A stretch of 41,460 nucleotides of DNA from Planctomycetia bacterium (GCA_009922585.1 RFVE01000003.1:1-41460); one strand, 5' to 3'. Shown: positions 19,377-29,480, counted from the first letter of the stretch. The notes: generated by a model not told the origin, from the letters alone. Program-made: numbers and translations.

Positions 19377-20354
19377 TCAGCCGTTTGGAACAGTCACCCG
19401 CAGAAGCCGGCAGCCGTCGGCGTCGGTCGCCCGACAGGTCAGCGTCTGAGGCTCGAGCGCCGCCGGCAGGAGCAGGCAGTCGCCCCGCTTGAGGTCCGGC
19501 AGGCTCCACTGGTCGGGTAGGCTGGCCTCACCTGCGAGGACGGCCAGAAATTCACAGGTTCCACCGCTGGTCTGCCAGCTGCCGGTGGGAGAGACCTCAT
19601 CGAAACTGAAATATTGACAGTCCACCATGCGTTTGACAGCAGGGTCATCCGTCGCTGTCTTCGTGACTGCGGTGACGGGGCCGGTGAAGCGAGCTGCAGC
19701 AAGGCCCTCGTCCAGATGCAACGGCCGAGGGTGCCCGTCAGCATCGACCCGGTTCCAGTCAAACAGCCGGAAGGTGACGTCGCTCGACTGCTGAATCTCG
19801 GCGACGACGAGGCCGGCACCGATGGCGTGGACGGTTCCGGCGGGGATGAAAATGCAGTCTCCGGCGGCCGGCTCAATCGCGTGCAGCAGGTCCTCGCACC
19901 GCCCGGCTTCGATTGCATCGGCGAGGCTTTGCCGGTCGACCCCTTCCCGGAGGCCGGCAAAGATCCGGCTCCCTGGCTCAGCCTCGACCACGTACCAGGC
20001 CTCTGTTTTGCCGCGGTCGGGCGGCGTTCGTTTGGCGGCCGCGTGATCATCAGGATGCACCTGCACCGAGAGAACCTTGTGGGCATCAAGAAACTTGAAA
20101 AGCAGTGGAAACGCCGCTGGCTGGCTGCCGCCGCCAAGCAGTTCAGCTGGATGGTTGCGCAGCAGATCACCGAGGCGTTGCCCAGCCAGGGGACCGTCCC
20201 GGACCACGCTCTGGTCATCCCCGCGATCAACCAGTTCCCACGACTCGGCGTAGGGGCCAGCTTCGCTCAGCTGCCGGCCGAGGAAACTCTCAAATCGGCG
20301 GCCTCCCCAAAGGTAATGGCGGTAGAGGGGCGAGAATGTCAGGGGCGGCAGCAT
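19377..20354 (-). CDS. manA: Class I mannose-6-phosphate isomerase
   Basis: LWGGRR, AESWE, FPLLFKFLDA, LSVQVHPDD, GKTEAWY, PAGTVHAIG, EIQQSSDVTFRLFDWNR. Start at ATG 20354. Confidence 0.92.
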   Translation of the reverse strand: MLPPLTFSPLYRHYLWGGRRFESFLGRQLSEAGPYAESWELVDRGDDQSVVRDGPLAGQRLGDLLRNHPAELLGGGSQPAAFPLLFKFLDAHKVLSVQVHPDDHAAAKRTPPDRGKTEAWYVVEAEPGSRIFAGLREGVDRQSLADAIEAGRCEDLLHAIEPAAGDCIFIPAGTVHAIGAGLVVAEIQQSSDVTFRLFDWNRVDADGHPRPLHLDEGLAAARFTGPVTAVTKTATDDPAVKRMVDCQYFSFDEVSPTGSWQTSGGTCEFLAVLAGEASLPDQWSLPDLKRGDCLLLPAALEPQTLTCRATDADGCRLLRVTVPNG

Positions 20355-20429
20355 TGGTGAGCTCACGGGATAGCGGAGTGGATGGCACCAGGCTCTTTGC
20401 GGCAGCATCGGCCGGCAGCCGCGGCCCCG

Positions 20430-20600
20430 TCAAGACGGGCTGTAGCCCTCCAGAATCCGGCCAATGCCGAACAGACAGACCGAGGCCACCAGCAGCATCA
20501 GCATCTGCCCGAGTGAAATGGCGTGGTTGAGTTCCAGGACAATCGCGATGGCTGGAATCACCAGTCCCAGTCGTTGGCCGAGTTGTCCAATCATTCGCAT
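20430..20600 (-). CDS. 56-aa two-TM small membrane protein (not in the ORF track)
   Basis: Manual translation: MRMIGQLGQRLGLVIPAIAIVLELNHAISLGQMLMLLVASVCLFGIGRILEGYSPS*. It fills the manA-tpx gap, co-oriented with manA. Confidence 0.75.
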   Translation of the reverse strand: MRMIGQLGQRLGLVIPAIAIVLELNHAISLGQMLMLLVASVCLFGIGRILEGYSPS

Positions 20601-20749
20601 AGGGCGATGCTCCCGGGGCTCTTTGGGCTCCGCAGCATACCTCCTGAGTGCCGATGCAGCAGCCCGGGGGTTGCCAGGATCCTGCAGACGGCAATACTCC
20701 TGACAGCAAGTTCAGACTTCCCTTCCCCTATCTCATGCAGGAGACTTCG

Positions 20750-21280
20750 ATGGCGACCACACGCCCCGGTGCCGTGACCTTCAAAGGCAACCCCCTCACG
20801 CTCATCGGTGATGCCGTCGCCGTCGGCGCAGACGCGCCGGCATTTGACGTGGTTGCCTATGAATCAGGGGGCATGCAGCACATCACCAAAGCCGACCTGC
20901 TCGGCAAGCCCGCCCTGATCAGTGTGGTGCCATCGCTTGATACCCCAGTCTGCCAGGTGCAGACCAAAACCTTCACTGGCCGGCTAGCTGCGCTCGGTGA
21001 CAAGGTGACAGCCCTCACCGTCAGCCTCGATTTGCCTTTCGCGATGAACCGGTTCTGCGGAGCCGAGTCAATCACCGGCATGAAGACCGGTAGCGACTAC
21101 ATGGACCGGAGCTTCGGTGAGCACTGGGGTGTGCTGATCGACGAACTCAAAATCCTCGCGCGGGCCGTTTTCGTGCTCGACGCCGAAGGCGTCATTCGTT
21201 ACGCCGAAGTGGTCAAGGAAGTGGCTGAAGAGCCCAACTACGACGCCGCGATCAGCGAACTCGAAAAACTGGCAGGCTAG
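20750..21280 (+). CDS. tpx: Thiol peroxidase (atypical 2-Cys peroxiredoxin)
   Basis: VTFKGNPLTL, VVPSLDTPVC, SLDLPFAMNRFCG, LARAVFV, EPNYD; AGGAG SD before ATG 20750. Confidence 0.95.
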   Translation: MATTRPGAVTFKGNPLTLIGDAVAVGADAPAFDVVAYESGGMQHITKADLLGKPALISVVPSLDTPVCQVQTKTFTGRLAALGDKVTALTVSLDLPFAMNRFCGAESITGMKTGSDYMDRSFGEHWGVLIDELKILARAVFVLDAEGVIRYAEVVKEVAEEPNYDAAISELEKLAG

Positions 21281-21290
21281 CTCGGGCAAT

Positions 21291-21402
21291 CGGGGGGGCG
21301 TTCGGAAAAGCGCCACGAATGCGAGAGGATTAGAAGGGCGATTCACAGGAAACTTCCTGCTGCGAACAAAGCAATACATGCTTTGTGCCCCCGTGTTTTT
21401 TT
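21291..21402 (+). terminator. Multi-hairpin structure with a T7 tail between convergent tpx and alaS
   Basis: ACAAAGCA/TGCTTTGT stem (21366-21386), outer CGGGGG/CCCCCG pair and TTTTTTT at 21396-21402. Confidence 0.5.
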
Positions 21403-21414
21403 CCCAGCCTCCGC

Positions 21415-24051
21415 TCAGCTCTTGAGCAGGGTCTGCATGGCGGCAGTTGCAGCGGTGAGTGCTTCTGGAAGCTTGTCGACCAGCTTGCCACCGGCTTGCG
21501 CGAGATCTGGACGTCCACCTCCTCGGCCGCCCACGACGGCGGCCGGCTCCTTGATCCAATTGCCGGCGGAGATGCCGCGGGCCTCGAGTTCTCGGCTGAT
21601 GCCGGCAACGAGTGTCACCTTGTCGCCTTCGGCTGCTCCGAACAGGATGGCGATGGGGCTGGCCTTCTGCCGCAGCTGATCAATGCACTGCCGCATGGCT
21701 GCGGCGTCGCTGTTCGTGGCGTCTGCAACCACAATCCGAACACCGTCCTGCTCGGTGGCCTGCTCCAGCAAACTCTCGGCTGAAAGTCCGGCCGCTGTTC
21801 CGGCTCGTCGCTTTTTGAGCTCTTTGAGTTCCTTGGTCAGAGCAGCCAGCCGCGTCGGGAGATCAGCAACCGGCACCTTCAACGCGGCTGCCGCAGTGGT
21901 CAGGGTCGCTTCCGCCTCACGGAATCGCTCCATTGCCCGGCGGCCGGTCACGGCCACCACTCGCCGGGTTCCAGCCGAGACGCTCTCTTCGGCGACAATT
22001 TTGACCGGGCCAATTTCACCCGTGTTGGCTACATGGGTACCACCGCAAAGCTCCCGGCTGAGCCCCTCCATCGTCACCATGCGGACGACATCAGGGTATT
22101 TTTCACCGAACAGCATCATGGCACCGGCATGCCGCGCCTCGGCCAGTGGCATCAGAGTAGCTGCCACCGGCGCCGCTGCCAGCGTACTGTCATTGACCAT
22201 CGCCTCAATCTGCGCGAGGGTCTCTTCGCTGACGGCGTTTGTGTGGCTGAAATCAAACCGCAGGTGGTCAGCATCGACCTTCGACCCCTGCTGGACAGCA
22301 TGCGGCCCTAGAAAGTGCTGCAGGGCGGCATGCACCAGGTGGGTCGCCGAGTGGGCCCGGCGAATCGCAGCCCGGCGCTGGCTATCGACCGCTGTGCGGA
22401 CGGTCTGGCCCAACTCAAGTGAACCCTCTCGCAGGTGGCCAATGTGGAGCATGAAGCCCCCTTCTCGCTGAGTGTCGAGCACTTCGAAGCGGCCAGCAGG
22501 GCTCTCCAGCCAGCCGGTGTCACCGACCTGACCGCCGGACTCACCATAGAAGCTGGTTTTGTCGAGCACGATCGTCACTAGCCGGTGGGGTTCGCTGCGG
22601 ATGTCGGACGCCGGCGGGCCAAGTTCTTGCAGCGACTCACACAGCCGATCCTGGGCGATGATGCCGACGATCTTCCCCTCGGTTTCAACCGTCTCGTAGC
22701 CGACAAATTCCGACCCGTGCATCGCCTTCTTGAGCGCATCGAGTGGTCCTGAGGTGAAGACCTCAACCCGCGAGCCGGCGCCCGACCGTTGGCCATGGGC
22801 CTCCATCGCTTCGCGAAACCCGTTCCAGTCAAAGGCACAGTTCCGCTCCGCAGCCAGGGTCTCAAGCAGTTCCGGTGGAAAGCCATAGGTGGTGTAGAGT
22901 TCGCAGGCATCCTCCCCGCCAACCAGGCCACCACCGGCAGACTCGATCGAATCGAACAGTTTTTCGATCCGGGACAGGCCGCCGTCGATTGTCGCCAAAA
23001 AGGACTCTTCTTCTCGCTTGATCACTCCGCTGACCCGTTCGACGGTATCAGCCAGTTCGGGATAGCCGCGGGTCATCTGGGCCGCCACTGCCGCCGGCAG
23101 TTGGTGCAGGAATGGCTCCCGCATGCCCATCTGCCAGCCGTCGAGCACGGCCCGTCGAAGCAGTCGCTTGACGACGTACTTCTCTTCGTTGTTACCTGGC
23201 AGCACATTCTCGTGAATGGCAAAGCTGCAGGCCCGCACATGGTCGGCGATGCGGCGAATTCTGCGGCCGTCATCATCATCTGGCAGATACCGCCGTTGGC
23301 AGGTTTCTGCCACGGCCTCGACCAATGGCAGCAGGATGTCAATATGAAAGTTGCTGTCGACCCCCTGCAGCATGGCGGCGGTTCGCTCGAGGCCCATGCC
23401 GGTGTCGATATTCCGGCTCGGCAGCGGTTTGAGATTCTCAGGCGGATCGCCAACGCGGTTGAACTGCGTGAAGACGAGGTTCCAGATCTCGACATCGCTG
23501 CCATCGGGCATCCGGTAGAAGATTTCGCTACAGGGCCCGCAGACCCCGTCCGGCCCCTGCGAGGGTGCACTGGCCGGCCAGAAATTGTCATCCTCGCCCA
23601 TCCGGGTGATCCGGTTGGCCGGCACCCCGACCTCGTCCGACCAGATGCAGTAAGCCTCGTTGTCATCGTCGTAAACGGTGATTGATAGTTTTTCAGGGTC
23701 GATGTTCAGCCAGTCGCGGCTGGTGAGAAACTCCCAGGCCCAGAGAATCGCTTCGCGTTTGAAGTAGTCGCCAAAGCTGAAGTTCCCCAACATCTCGAAG
23801 AACGTATGGTGACGAGGCGTACGGCCAACGTTATCGATGTCGCCGGTTCGCAGACACTTCTGACAACTCGTAGCCCGGGTGTACTCAAGTTTGCACTTGC
23901 CCAGGAAGTGGTCCTTGAACTGGTTCATGCCGGCCGGCGTGAACAGCACCGACGGATCCCACCGCGGTACTAATACGTCACTCGGCCGACGCACGCAGCC
24001 CTTCGACTCAAAAAAAGTGAGGTAAGCCTCGCGGAGGTCATCTGCCTTCAT
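21415..24051 (-). CDS. alaS: Alanine--tRNA ligase
   Basis: LFTPAGMNQFK, HHTFFEMLGNFSFGDYFK, CGPCSEI, IDTGMGLER, editing motifs HSATH and ELCGGTH, C-terminal GGRGGG. Confidence 0.98.
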   Translation of the reverse strand: MKADDLREAYLTFFESKGCVRRPSDVLVPRWDPSVLFTPAGMNQFKDHFLGKCKLEYTRATSCQKCLRTGDIDNVGRTPRHHTFFEMLGNFSFGDYFKREAILWAWEFLTSRDWLNIDPEKLSITVYDDDNEAYCIWSDEVGVPANRITRMGEDDNFWPASAPSQGPDGVCGPCSEIFYRMPDGSDVEIWNLVFTQFNRVGDPPENLKPLPSRNIDTGMGLERTAAMLQGVDSNFHIDILLPLVEAVAETCQRRYLPDDDDGRRIRRIADHVRACSFAIHENVLPGNNEEKYVVKRLLRRAVLDGWQMGMREPFLHQLPAAVAAQMTRGYPELADTVERVSGVIKREEESFLATIDGGLSRIEKLFDSIESAGGGLVGGEDACELYTTYGFPPELLETLAAERNCAFDWNGFREAMEAHGQRSGAGSRVEVFTSGPLDALKKAMHGSEFVGYETVETEGKIVGIIAQDRLCESLQELGPPASDIRSEPHRLVTIVLDKTSFYGESGGQVGDTGWLESPAGRFEVLDTQREGGFMLHIGHLREGSLELGQTVRTAVDSQRRAAIRRAHSATHLVHAALQHFLGPHAVQQGSKVDADHLRFDFSHTNAVSEETLAQIEAMVNDSTLAAAPVAATLMPLAEARHAGAMMLFGEKYPDVVRMVTMEGLSRELCGGTHVANTGEIGPVKIVAEESVSAGTRRVVAVTGRRAMERFREAEATLTTAAAALKVPVADLPTRLAALTKELKELKKRRAGTAAGLSAESLLEQATEQDGVRIVVADATNSDAAAMRQCIDQLRQKASPIAILFGAAEGDKVTLVAGISRELEARGISAGNWIKEPAAVVGGRGGGRPDLAQAGGKLVDKLPEALTAATAAMQTLLKS

Positions 24052-24167
24052 AAAATCATCGACTCCGAAACGTCACAGCCAAACGCGAACGAAGCCGCAC
24101 TATACCCGCTTCCCGACCGGGAAACAGGCCAGCGGCCGTCGCTCACGGCTGGGATTGCAGGACGCTT

Positions 24168-25373
24168 TTACTCCGCGTCATCGCCGTCGGCCTTGGTCTC
24201 TTTTTCGACCTCAAGCAGGGGTTCCCGGCTGGCGATGATTTTCTGCCGGATCTCCGCAGCCACCGCGGGGTTTTCCTTGAGGAACAGCCGAGCCTTCTCC
24301 CGGCCCTGGCCGAGATGGGTGTCGCCGTAGCGAATCCAGGTGCCCGACTTCTCGATCAGCTTGGCCGTTAGGCCGAGGTCGAGCAGATCACCTTCGGCAC
24401 TGATGCCGTCGGCGTGCATCATGTCGAATTCAGCCACCCGGAACGGCGGAGCCACCTTGTTTTTCACCACCTTTACCCGCACCCGCTGGCCGACCACGTC
24501 CTCGCCATCTTTCAGGCCGCCAATCCGGCGGACATCAATGCGGCAGGACGAATAGAACTTCAGAGCCCGGCCGCCCGGCGTGGTCTCGGGGCTGCCGAAC
24601 ATTACCCCGATCTTTTCACGGATCTGATTGATGAAGATGACACAGGTCTTGCTCTTGGCGATAGCGCCGGTCAGCTTCCGCATCGCCTGACTCATCAGGC
24701 GGGCCTGGAGCCCCACGAAGGAGTCGCCGATCTCACCATCGAGTTCCTTTTGTGGCACGAGTGCCGCCACTGAATCGACCACGATGATGTCGACCGCATT
24801 TGACTTGATCAGCAGTTCCGCGATCTGCATCGCCTCTTCACCACTGGTCGGCTGACTGACCAGCAGAGTCTCGAGGGCGATGCCCAGTTTCTTTGCCCAG
24901 CTCGGGTCGAGGGCATGTTCGGCGTCGATGAAGGCAGCGACACCACCGCCTTGCTGAGCAGCGGCGACGGCATGCAGGGCGAGTGTCGTCTTGCCGCTTG
25001 ATTCAGGGCCAAACACTTCGATGATCCGGCCCCTGGGGAAGCCCCTGCCTCCGAGGGCGAGATCGACTGAAAGACTGCCACTGGGGATGCCGTCCGCCAC
25101 CGCTTTGCTGTCGGAGCCGAGCGGCATGATCGAGCCCTGGCCGAACTCCTTCTCAATCTGGGCGACGGCATTCTTGAGCACAGGATTGTCTTCAATGAAC
25201 GAAGCGGCGGTCTTCTCGGCGGCTTTCTTGGCGTTGCCGCGGCTGGCGGTCGTCTTCGCGGTGGTCTGTTTGGCTCTGGCCATACGGCTGGGAGTTCCTT
25301 CGGTTGTGGTTGTTGAGGCCTTGCTGGCAGGGGATGAGGTCTTCGCTGAGGCTGGTTTTGCAGCAGTGATCAT
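24168..25373 (-). CDS. recA: Recombinase RecA with a long basic N-terminal extension
   Basis: [56 protein letters not shown]; AAGGAG SD 7 nt before ATG 25373 (alternative ATG at 25283). Confidence 0.98.
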   Translation of the reverse strand: MITAAKPASAKTSSPASKASTTTTEGTPSRMARAKQTTAKTTASRGNAKKAAEKTAASFIEDNPVLKNAVAQIEKEFGQGSIMPLGSDSKAVADGIPSGSLSVDLALGGRGFPRGRIIEVFGPESSGKTTLALHAVAAAQQGGGVAAFIDAEHALDPSWAKKLGIALETLLVSQPTSGEEAMQIAELLIKSNAVDIIVVDSVAALVPQKELDGEIGDSFVGLQARLMSQAMRKLTGAIAKSKTCVIFINQIREKIGVMFGSPETTPGGRALKFYSSCRIDVRRIGGLKDGEDVVGQRVRVKVVKNKVAPPFRVAEFDMMHADGISAEGDLLDLGLTAKLIEKSGTWIRYGDTHLGQGREKARLFLKENPAVAAEIRQKIIASREPLLEVEKETKADGDDAE

Positions 25374-25526
25374 TGGCCGACTCCTTGGAGGATGGTTCCG
25401 CGTCGGGTCGGCCGCCGGTCACACCCAACAGTGTGATGAAATCCCGGCAAACCGGCTACGTGGGGGAGCGGAACGACGGTGGAACGTCAGCCCAAACCCG
25501 CAGTCACGCGGAATGTGAACCTCTGT

Positions 25527-25555
25527 ATAGTATCGGCTCTTGGGCTATCCTGCAA
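25527..25555 (-). promoter_or_regulatory. sigma70-type promoter of recA
   Basis: Minus strand TTGCAG-N17-TACTAT. Confidence 0.6.
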
Positions 25556-25569
25556 GCAGAAAATTGTGC

Positions 25570-26472
25570 CTAAAACGACAGCATTTGGCGGTAGTCGGCG
25601 AGGCGGCGATCGACCATCTGGCGGTCGAGCTTTTCCAGTCGGTCGAGGCTGAAGTCTTCCACGGTGAAACTGGCGGTGACGACGCCGTAGGCGAGTGCTT
25701 CCTTGAGGGCCTGGGGGTCAAAGCGTCCGAGAGCAGCCAGGTGCCCCATCATGCCGCCGGCAAAGCTGTCGCCGGCCCCTGTCGGGTCGAGCACCTCGGA
25801 GGTGGGGAAGGCCGGCATCACGTACATCTCGTGCTCGCTGAAGAACATTGCTCCGTGTTCTCCCTTTTTGATGACGACGAACTTTGGCCCCATCGCCCGA
25901 ACCGCATGGCCAGCCCGAACCAGGTTCTCGTCCTCTGCGAGCAGTTTGGCCTCGGCATCGTTGAGCACCAGACCATCGACCCGCTTGAGCAGTTCGCCGA
26001 GTTCGTCCCGTTGAATGTTGATCCAAAGGTCCATGGTGTCGGCCACCGTCAGTTCGGCTTTTTCGGCTTGATTGAGTACGTCGAGTTGGACAGTCGGTGA
26101 GGCGTTGCCGAGAAATAGGAACCGGCAGTCACGATGGCTCGCACCGAGTTTGGGCTGAAACGTGTCGAGCACATTCAGGTGCACTTCGATCGTCTCGCGG
26201 TCATTCATGTTGGGCAGATACCGCCCCCGCCAGCGGAAGGTCTTGCCGCCGGGAATGGTCTGAAGCCCAGAGGTGTCGATCCCCTTGCCCTCGAGGAGCG
26301 TGGTGTGGCTGGCCGGCCAATCCTCGCCGACGGCTCCGATCATCCGAACCGGCGAGAAGAAACTGGCGGCGTACGAGAAAAAGACAGCAGAGCCACCGAG
26401 GACATCGTCCCGCTTGTCGGTCGGGGTTTCCACGCAATCCAGGGCCACACTTCCGACAACTAGCAACGGCAT
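25570..26472 (-). CDS. PfkB-family carbohydrate kinase
   Basis: LVVGSVALD, LGGSA, KKGEHGA, DPTGAGDSFAGG. Start at ATG 26472. Confidence 0.92.
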   Translation of the reverse strand: MPLLVVGSVALDCVETPTDKRDDVLGGSAVFFSYAASFFSPVRMIGAVGEDWPASHTTLLEGKGIDTSGLQTIPGGKTFRWRGRYLPNMNDRETIEVHLNVLDTFQPKLGASHRDCRFLFLGNASPTVQLDVLNQAEKAELTVADTMDLWINIQRDELGELLKRVDGLVLNDAEAKLLAEDENLVRAGHAVRAMGPKFVVIKKGEHGAMFFSEHEMYVMPAFPTSEVLDPTGAGDSFAGGMMGHLAALGRFDPQALKEALAYGVVTASFTVEDFSLDRLEKLDRQMVDRRLADYRQMLSF

Positions 26473-26620
26473 CCGTTCTCTCCGAATTTCTTCCACGAGT
26501 GATGATTCTGGGGGCGTCAGATTCCCTGAACGGATTCCAAGCCCCGACGAAACGCTGACTCTACTCGTTGGAGGGCAGCAGCGTCTACCGACTACCGGGA
26601 CGATGCCACAGCAGAGACGC

Positions 26621-28180
26621 TCAGCCGCACAGTGGGAGAGCCCGCCTTAGTCGCGTAACCGATTGCTCGCGGCCAAGAATCGTGAGGCAGTCGTAGAGCC
26701 CTGGGCCGACCGTCTTGCCGGTCGCCGCCACACGAACGGCGTGGATCAGGTCACCCACCTTCTTGCCGGCCACCTCAACCACCTCCTTGAGGGCTGTCTC
26801 GAGCGTCTCAGCATTGTAAGGTTCGGCGGCGAGAAGCCGTTCGATGAAGGCCTCAAGCAGCGGTCGTGTGCCGGCCTTGGCCAGTCGTTTGGCGACGGCG
26901 GCGGGATCAAGCGCTGGCTCCTCGACCAGAAAAAAGTCGGCGTAGGTGAGGATGTCGCCGGCCACCTTCAGCCGGTCACCCGACACCTCAATTACCGTGG
27001 CGACCGTCTGGCGAACGGGCTCCGGCACCGGGTCGGGAATCAGTCCCGCCTTGATCAGGAATGGCAGCATCAGTTCGAGTTTCTCGGCGGTTGATAACTG
27101 CTGCATGTAATGGTCTTGCACGGCCCAGAGCTTCTTGGGATCGAAGCCGGCGGGTGAGGAGTTGACCCGCTCAAGCGAGAAGTTGTCGATCAACTGCTGC
27201 CGTGAGAAGAACTCGGTGTGATCGTCGAGTGACCAGCCGAGCAGCGTCAGGTAGTTGTCGATGGCCCAGGGCAGGTAGCCGACGTCCCGGTAGAAGTCGA
27301 CGATCACCGGGTTGAAGGTGTCGGCCTCGGGCTGAAGACCGATCTGCTGGGCGATTCGCATGCCGTGCTCGGCCACTTGGGCGAAGTCACGGTTCTTGAG
27401 ATACTGAGCCAATTTTCGCTTGCTCAGCTTGGTGCGGCTGCCAGGTTCCGCCACCAGTGGCAGGTGGGCGTAGACCGGCAGTCGATAGCCAAGGCTCTGG
27501 GCGATGAAGGCCTGCCGAGGCGTGTTGGAGAGGTGTTCTTCCGCCCGGATGACATGGCTGATCTGCATCTCGTGGTCGTCGACCACTGTGGCCAAATGAT
27601 AGAGGCACGAGCCGTCGGCCCGCTGGATGACATGATCCTGCTCCCGCTCCCAAGCGAACTCCACCCGGCCCCGGACGGCGTCATCGAGCACCAGGCTGCC
27701 CTCGCGGGGCATCTTCAGCCGGACCACCGCCCGCCTGCCTTCACCGGCGAATTGCTCGGCGGTCGCCTCGTCAAAGGCGGCGAAGCGGCGGCTGTAGAGG
27801 AAGGGGCGGCCGGCGGCCTGGGCTTCTTTGCGTTCGGCGTCGAGTTCCTCCGGCGTGGCAAAGTCACGGTAGGCATGGCCTGAGGCCAGCAGCTGCGCGG
27901 CGGCGGCGGCATAGTGGTCGGCCCGCTGCGACTGAAAGTAAGGGCCAAAGTCGCCCCCGACCCGTGGCCCTTCATCCCAGTCGATGCCCAGCCAGGTCAG
28001 GCCGGCCAGGATCGGGTCGAGGGCGGCATCGAGATTGCGGACCTCGTCGGTGTCGTCGATTCGCAGGATGAACTGGCCGCCATGCCGGCGGGCGAACAAC
28101 CAGTTGAACAGGGCGGTGCGAACGCCGCCGATGTGTAGGTAGCCAGTGGGGCTGGGAGCAAATCTGGTTCTGATTGTCAC
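26621..28180 (-). CDS. gltX: Glutamate--tRNA ligase
   Basis: RTRFAPSPTGYLHIGG, LRIDDTD, PYFQSQR, VVDDHEM.ISHVIR, KLSKR. Start at GTG 28180. Confidence 0.96.
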   Translation of the reverse strand: MTIRTRFAPSPTGYLHIGGVRTALFNWLFARRHGGQFILRIDDTDEVRNLDAALDPILAGLTWLGIDWDEGPRVGGDFGPYFQSQRADHYAAAAAQLLASGHAYRDFATPEELDAERKEAQAAGRPFLYSRRFAAFDEATAEQFAGEGRRAVVRLKMPREGSLVLDDAVRGRVEFAWEREQDHVIQRADGSCLYHLATVVDDHEMQISHVIRAEEHLSNTPRQAFIAQSLGYRLPVYAHLPLVAEPGSRTKLSKRKLAQYLKNRDFAQVAEHGMRIAQQIGLQPEADTFNPVIVDFYRDVGYLPWAIDNYLTLLGWSLDDHTEFFSRQQLIDNFSLERVNSSPAGFDPKKLWAVQDHYMQQLSTAEKLELMLPFLIKAGLIPDPVPEPVRQTVATVIEVSGDRLKVAGDILTYADFFLVEEPALDPAAVAKRLAKAGTRPLLEAFIERLLAAEPYNAETLETALKEVVEVAGKKVGDLIHAVRVAATGKTVGPGLYDCLTILGREQSVTRLRRALPLCG

Positions 28181-28367
28181 GGGAATACCTCCAGCAGCAC
28201 TATCGGCAAGAGGCCGCTCGCCGTCAAAGCGGGCAGCCTCGCGGCGGGTCGAAACGCACATCTTCCGCCACCGCTTCAATGCGATGGCTCGCAGCGAGGC
28301 AGCCCCTCGGTGTTTTCAAGATCGCCGATCGCCGCGTTCTACGGCGGTAAACCTTAGCCACCGTTTG

Positions 28368-29480
28368 CTAGGCGGCCCGGCTGCTGCGGGCGAGCTTACG
28401 GAGCCGCCGTCGTTCGGCCTTCGACAGCCGTCGCTGTGGTTCGTTTTTGTCGCACTCGTCATCGGCGTGATTCTCGAGCGAGTCGTCTGCGGTCACAGCT
28501 TCGGACTCCACTGCCGGGGTGAAGTTCGGAGTTTCTTCCGGCTCTTCATCGACGGCCTCGTCAGTTCGCTTGGCTGGGGCTGCAGCGGGCCGAGGCGACT
28601 GCTTCTCGCGGCGTTTTCGCGGCTGGCGAGTCTGTGGCAGAACGCAGAGTCCGTCAATCTCACGCAGGCTGCTGCGGACTGCCAGCATCATTGCCAGCAA
28701 TATCAGCCCGCTGCCGGCCAGCCAGGCCGCCGACGCCAGTAGTGGCAGCCTGACATCGGCGGCAGAAAACCAGAGGGAGCCGACTGCAGCAGCCCAGAAC
28801 AGCAGGGCTAGGCCGAGTGTGAGAGTGGTCGGTAACCGTTCCCGCATCCGCAGCACCGTCCAGGGCACCGTCACCACGAGGCCGACGATTCCAACGGTAA
28901 GCCACCAGCCGAGGCCGTGCGGCCCAAACGGTGTCTCAGTGAGGGTGACAAATGTTGCTGCGACGGCGGGGCCAAGCGGTGTCGCCGTGGCAGCCGCTGC
29001 CACCAGCCAGACGAAGGCCAGCCAGCCCCAGGCTCGAAACCGACCGCTAAATTCATCCCGGCGGTGACGCTGAATCGAGCGGACCACCAGGGTGGTGGCG
29101 GCGGCGAGCAACAGGAAGACTTGCGTCAGCCAGCCAGCGAGCGTTGCCTGCCCCTGCAAGCTGAGGCCATTGCGAATATGCAGGAGGCTGGCTGTGAAGC
29201 GGTCAGACTCTGGAATCAATTCGCGGCCGAAGATTTCACGGGCAAAGTCGGTAGTGACTGCCAGGCCGATCAGCAGGGAAGTCGCAACGAAGCAGCCAAT
29301 CAGCGGCGCTATCCGGGTCGGTACCAGGGCTGCCAGTTGTCGCTGGGCTGCGGGCAGCAGATCACCTCGGATGGCGGGTGATTCAACCTGATCACGGAGC
29401 CCGGCAACGGCTGCGTCAGGCGGATCGCCCTCTGCAGACAGCGCGGCGGCCAGCCGCCGTCGTTGACTGCGACCGAACAT
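28368..29480 (-). CDS. Hypothetical multi-pass membrane protein
   Basis: About six hydrophobic helices, an acidic disordered region and C-terminal LSKAERRRLRK. Start uncertain (29480 or 29495). Confidence 0.7.
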   Translation of the reverse strand: MFGRSQRRRLAAALSAEGDPPDAAVAGLRDQVESPAIRGDLLPAAQRQLAALVPTRIAPLIGCFVATSLLIGLAVTTDFAREIFGRELIPESDRFTASLLHIRNGLSLQGQATLAGWLTQVFLLLAAATTLVVRSIQRHRRDEFSGRFRAWGWLAFVWLVAAAATATPLGPAVAATFVTLTETPFGPHGLGWWLTVGIVGLVVTVPWTVLRMRERLPTTLTLGLALLFWAAAVGSLWFSAADVRLPLLASAAWLAGSGLILLAMMLAVRSSLREIDGLCVLPQTRQPRKRREKQSPRPAAAPAKRTDEAVDEEPEETPNFTPAVESEAVTADDSLENHADDECDKNEPQRRLSKAERRRLRKLARSSRAA

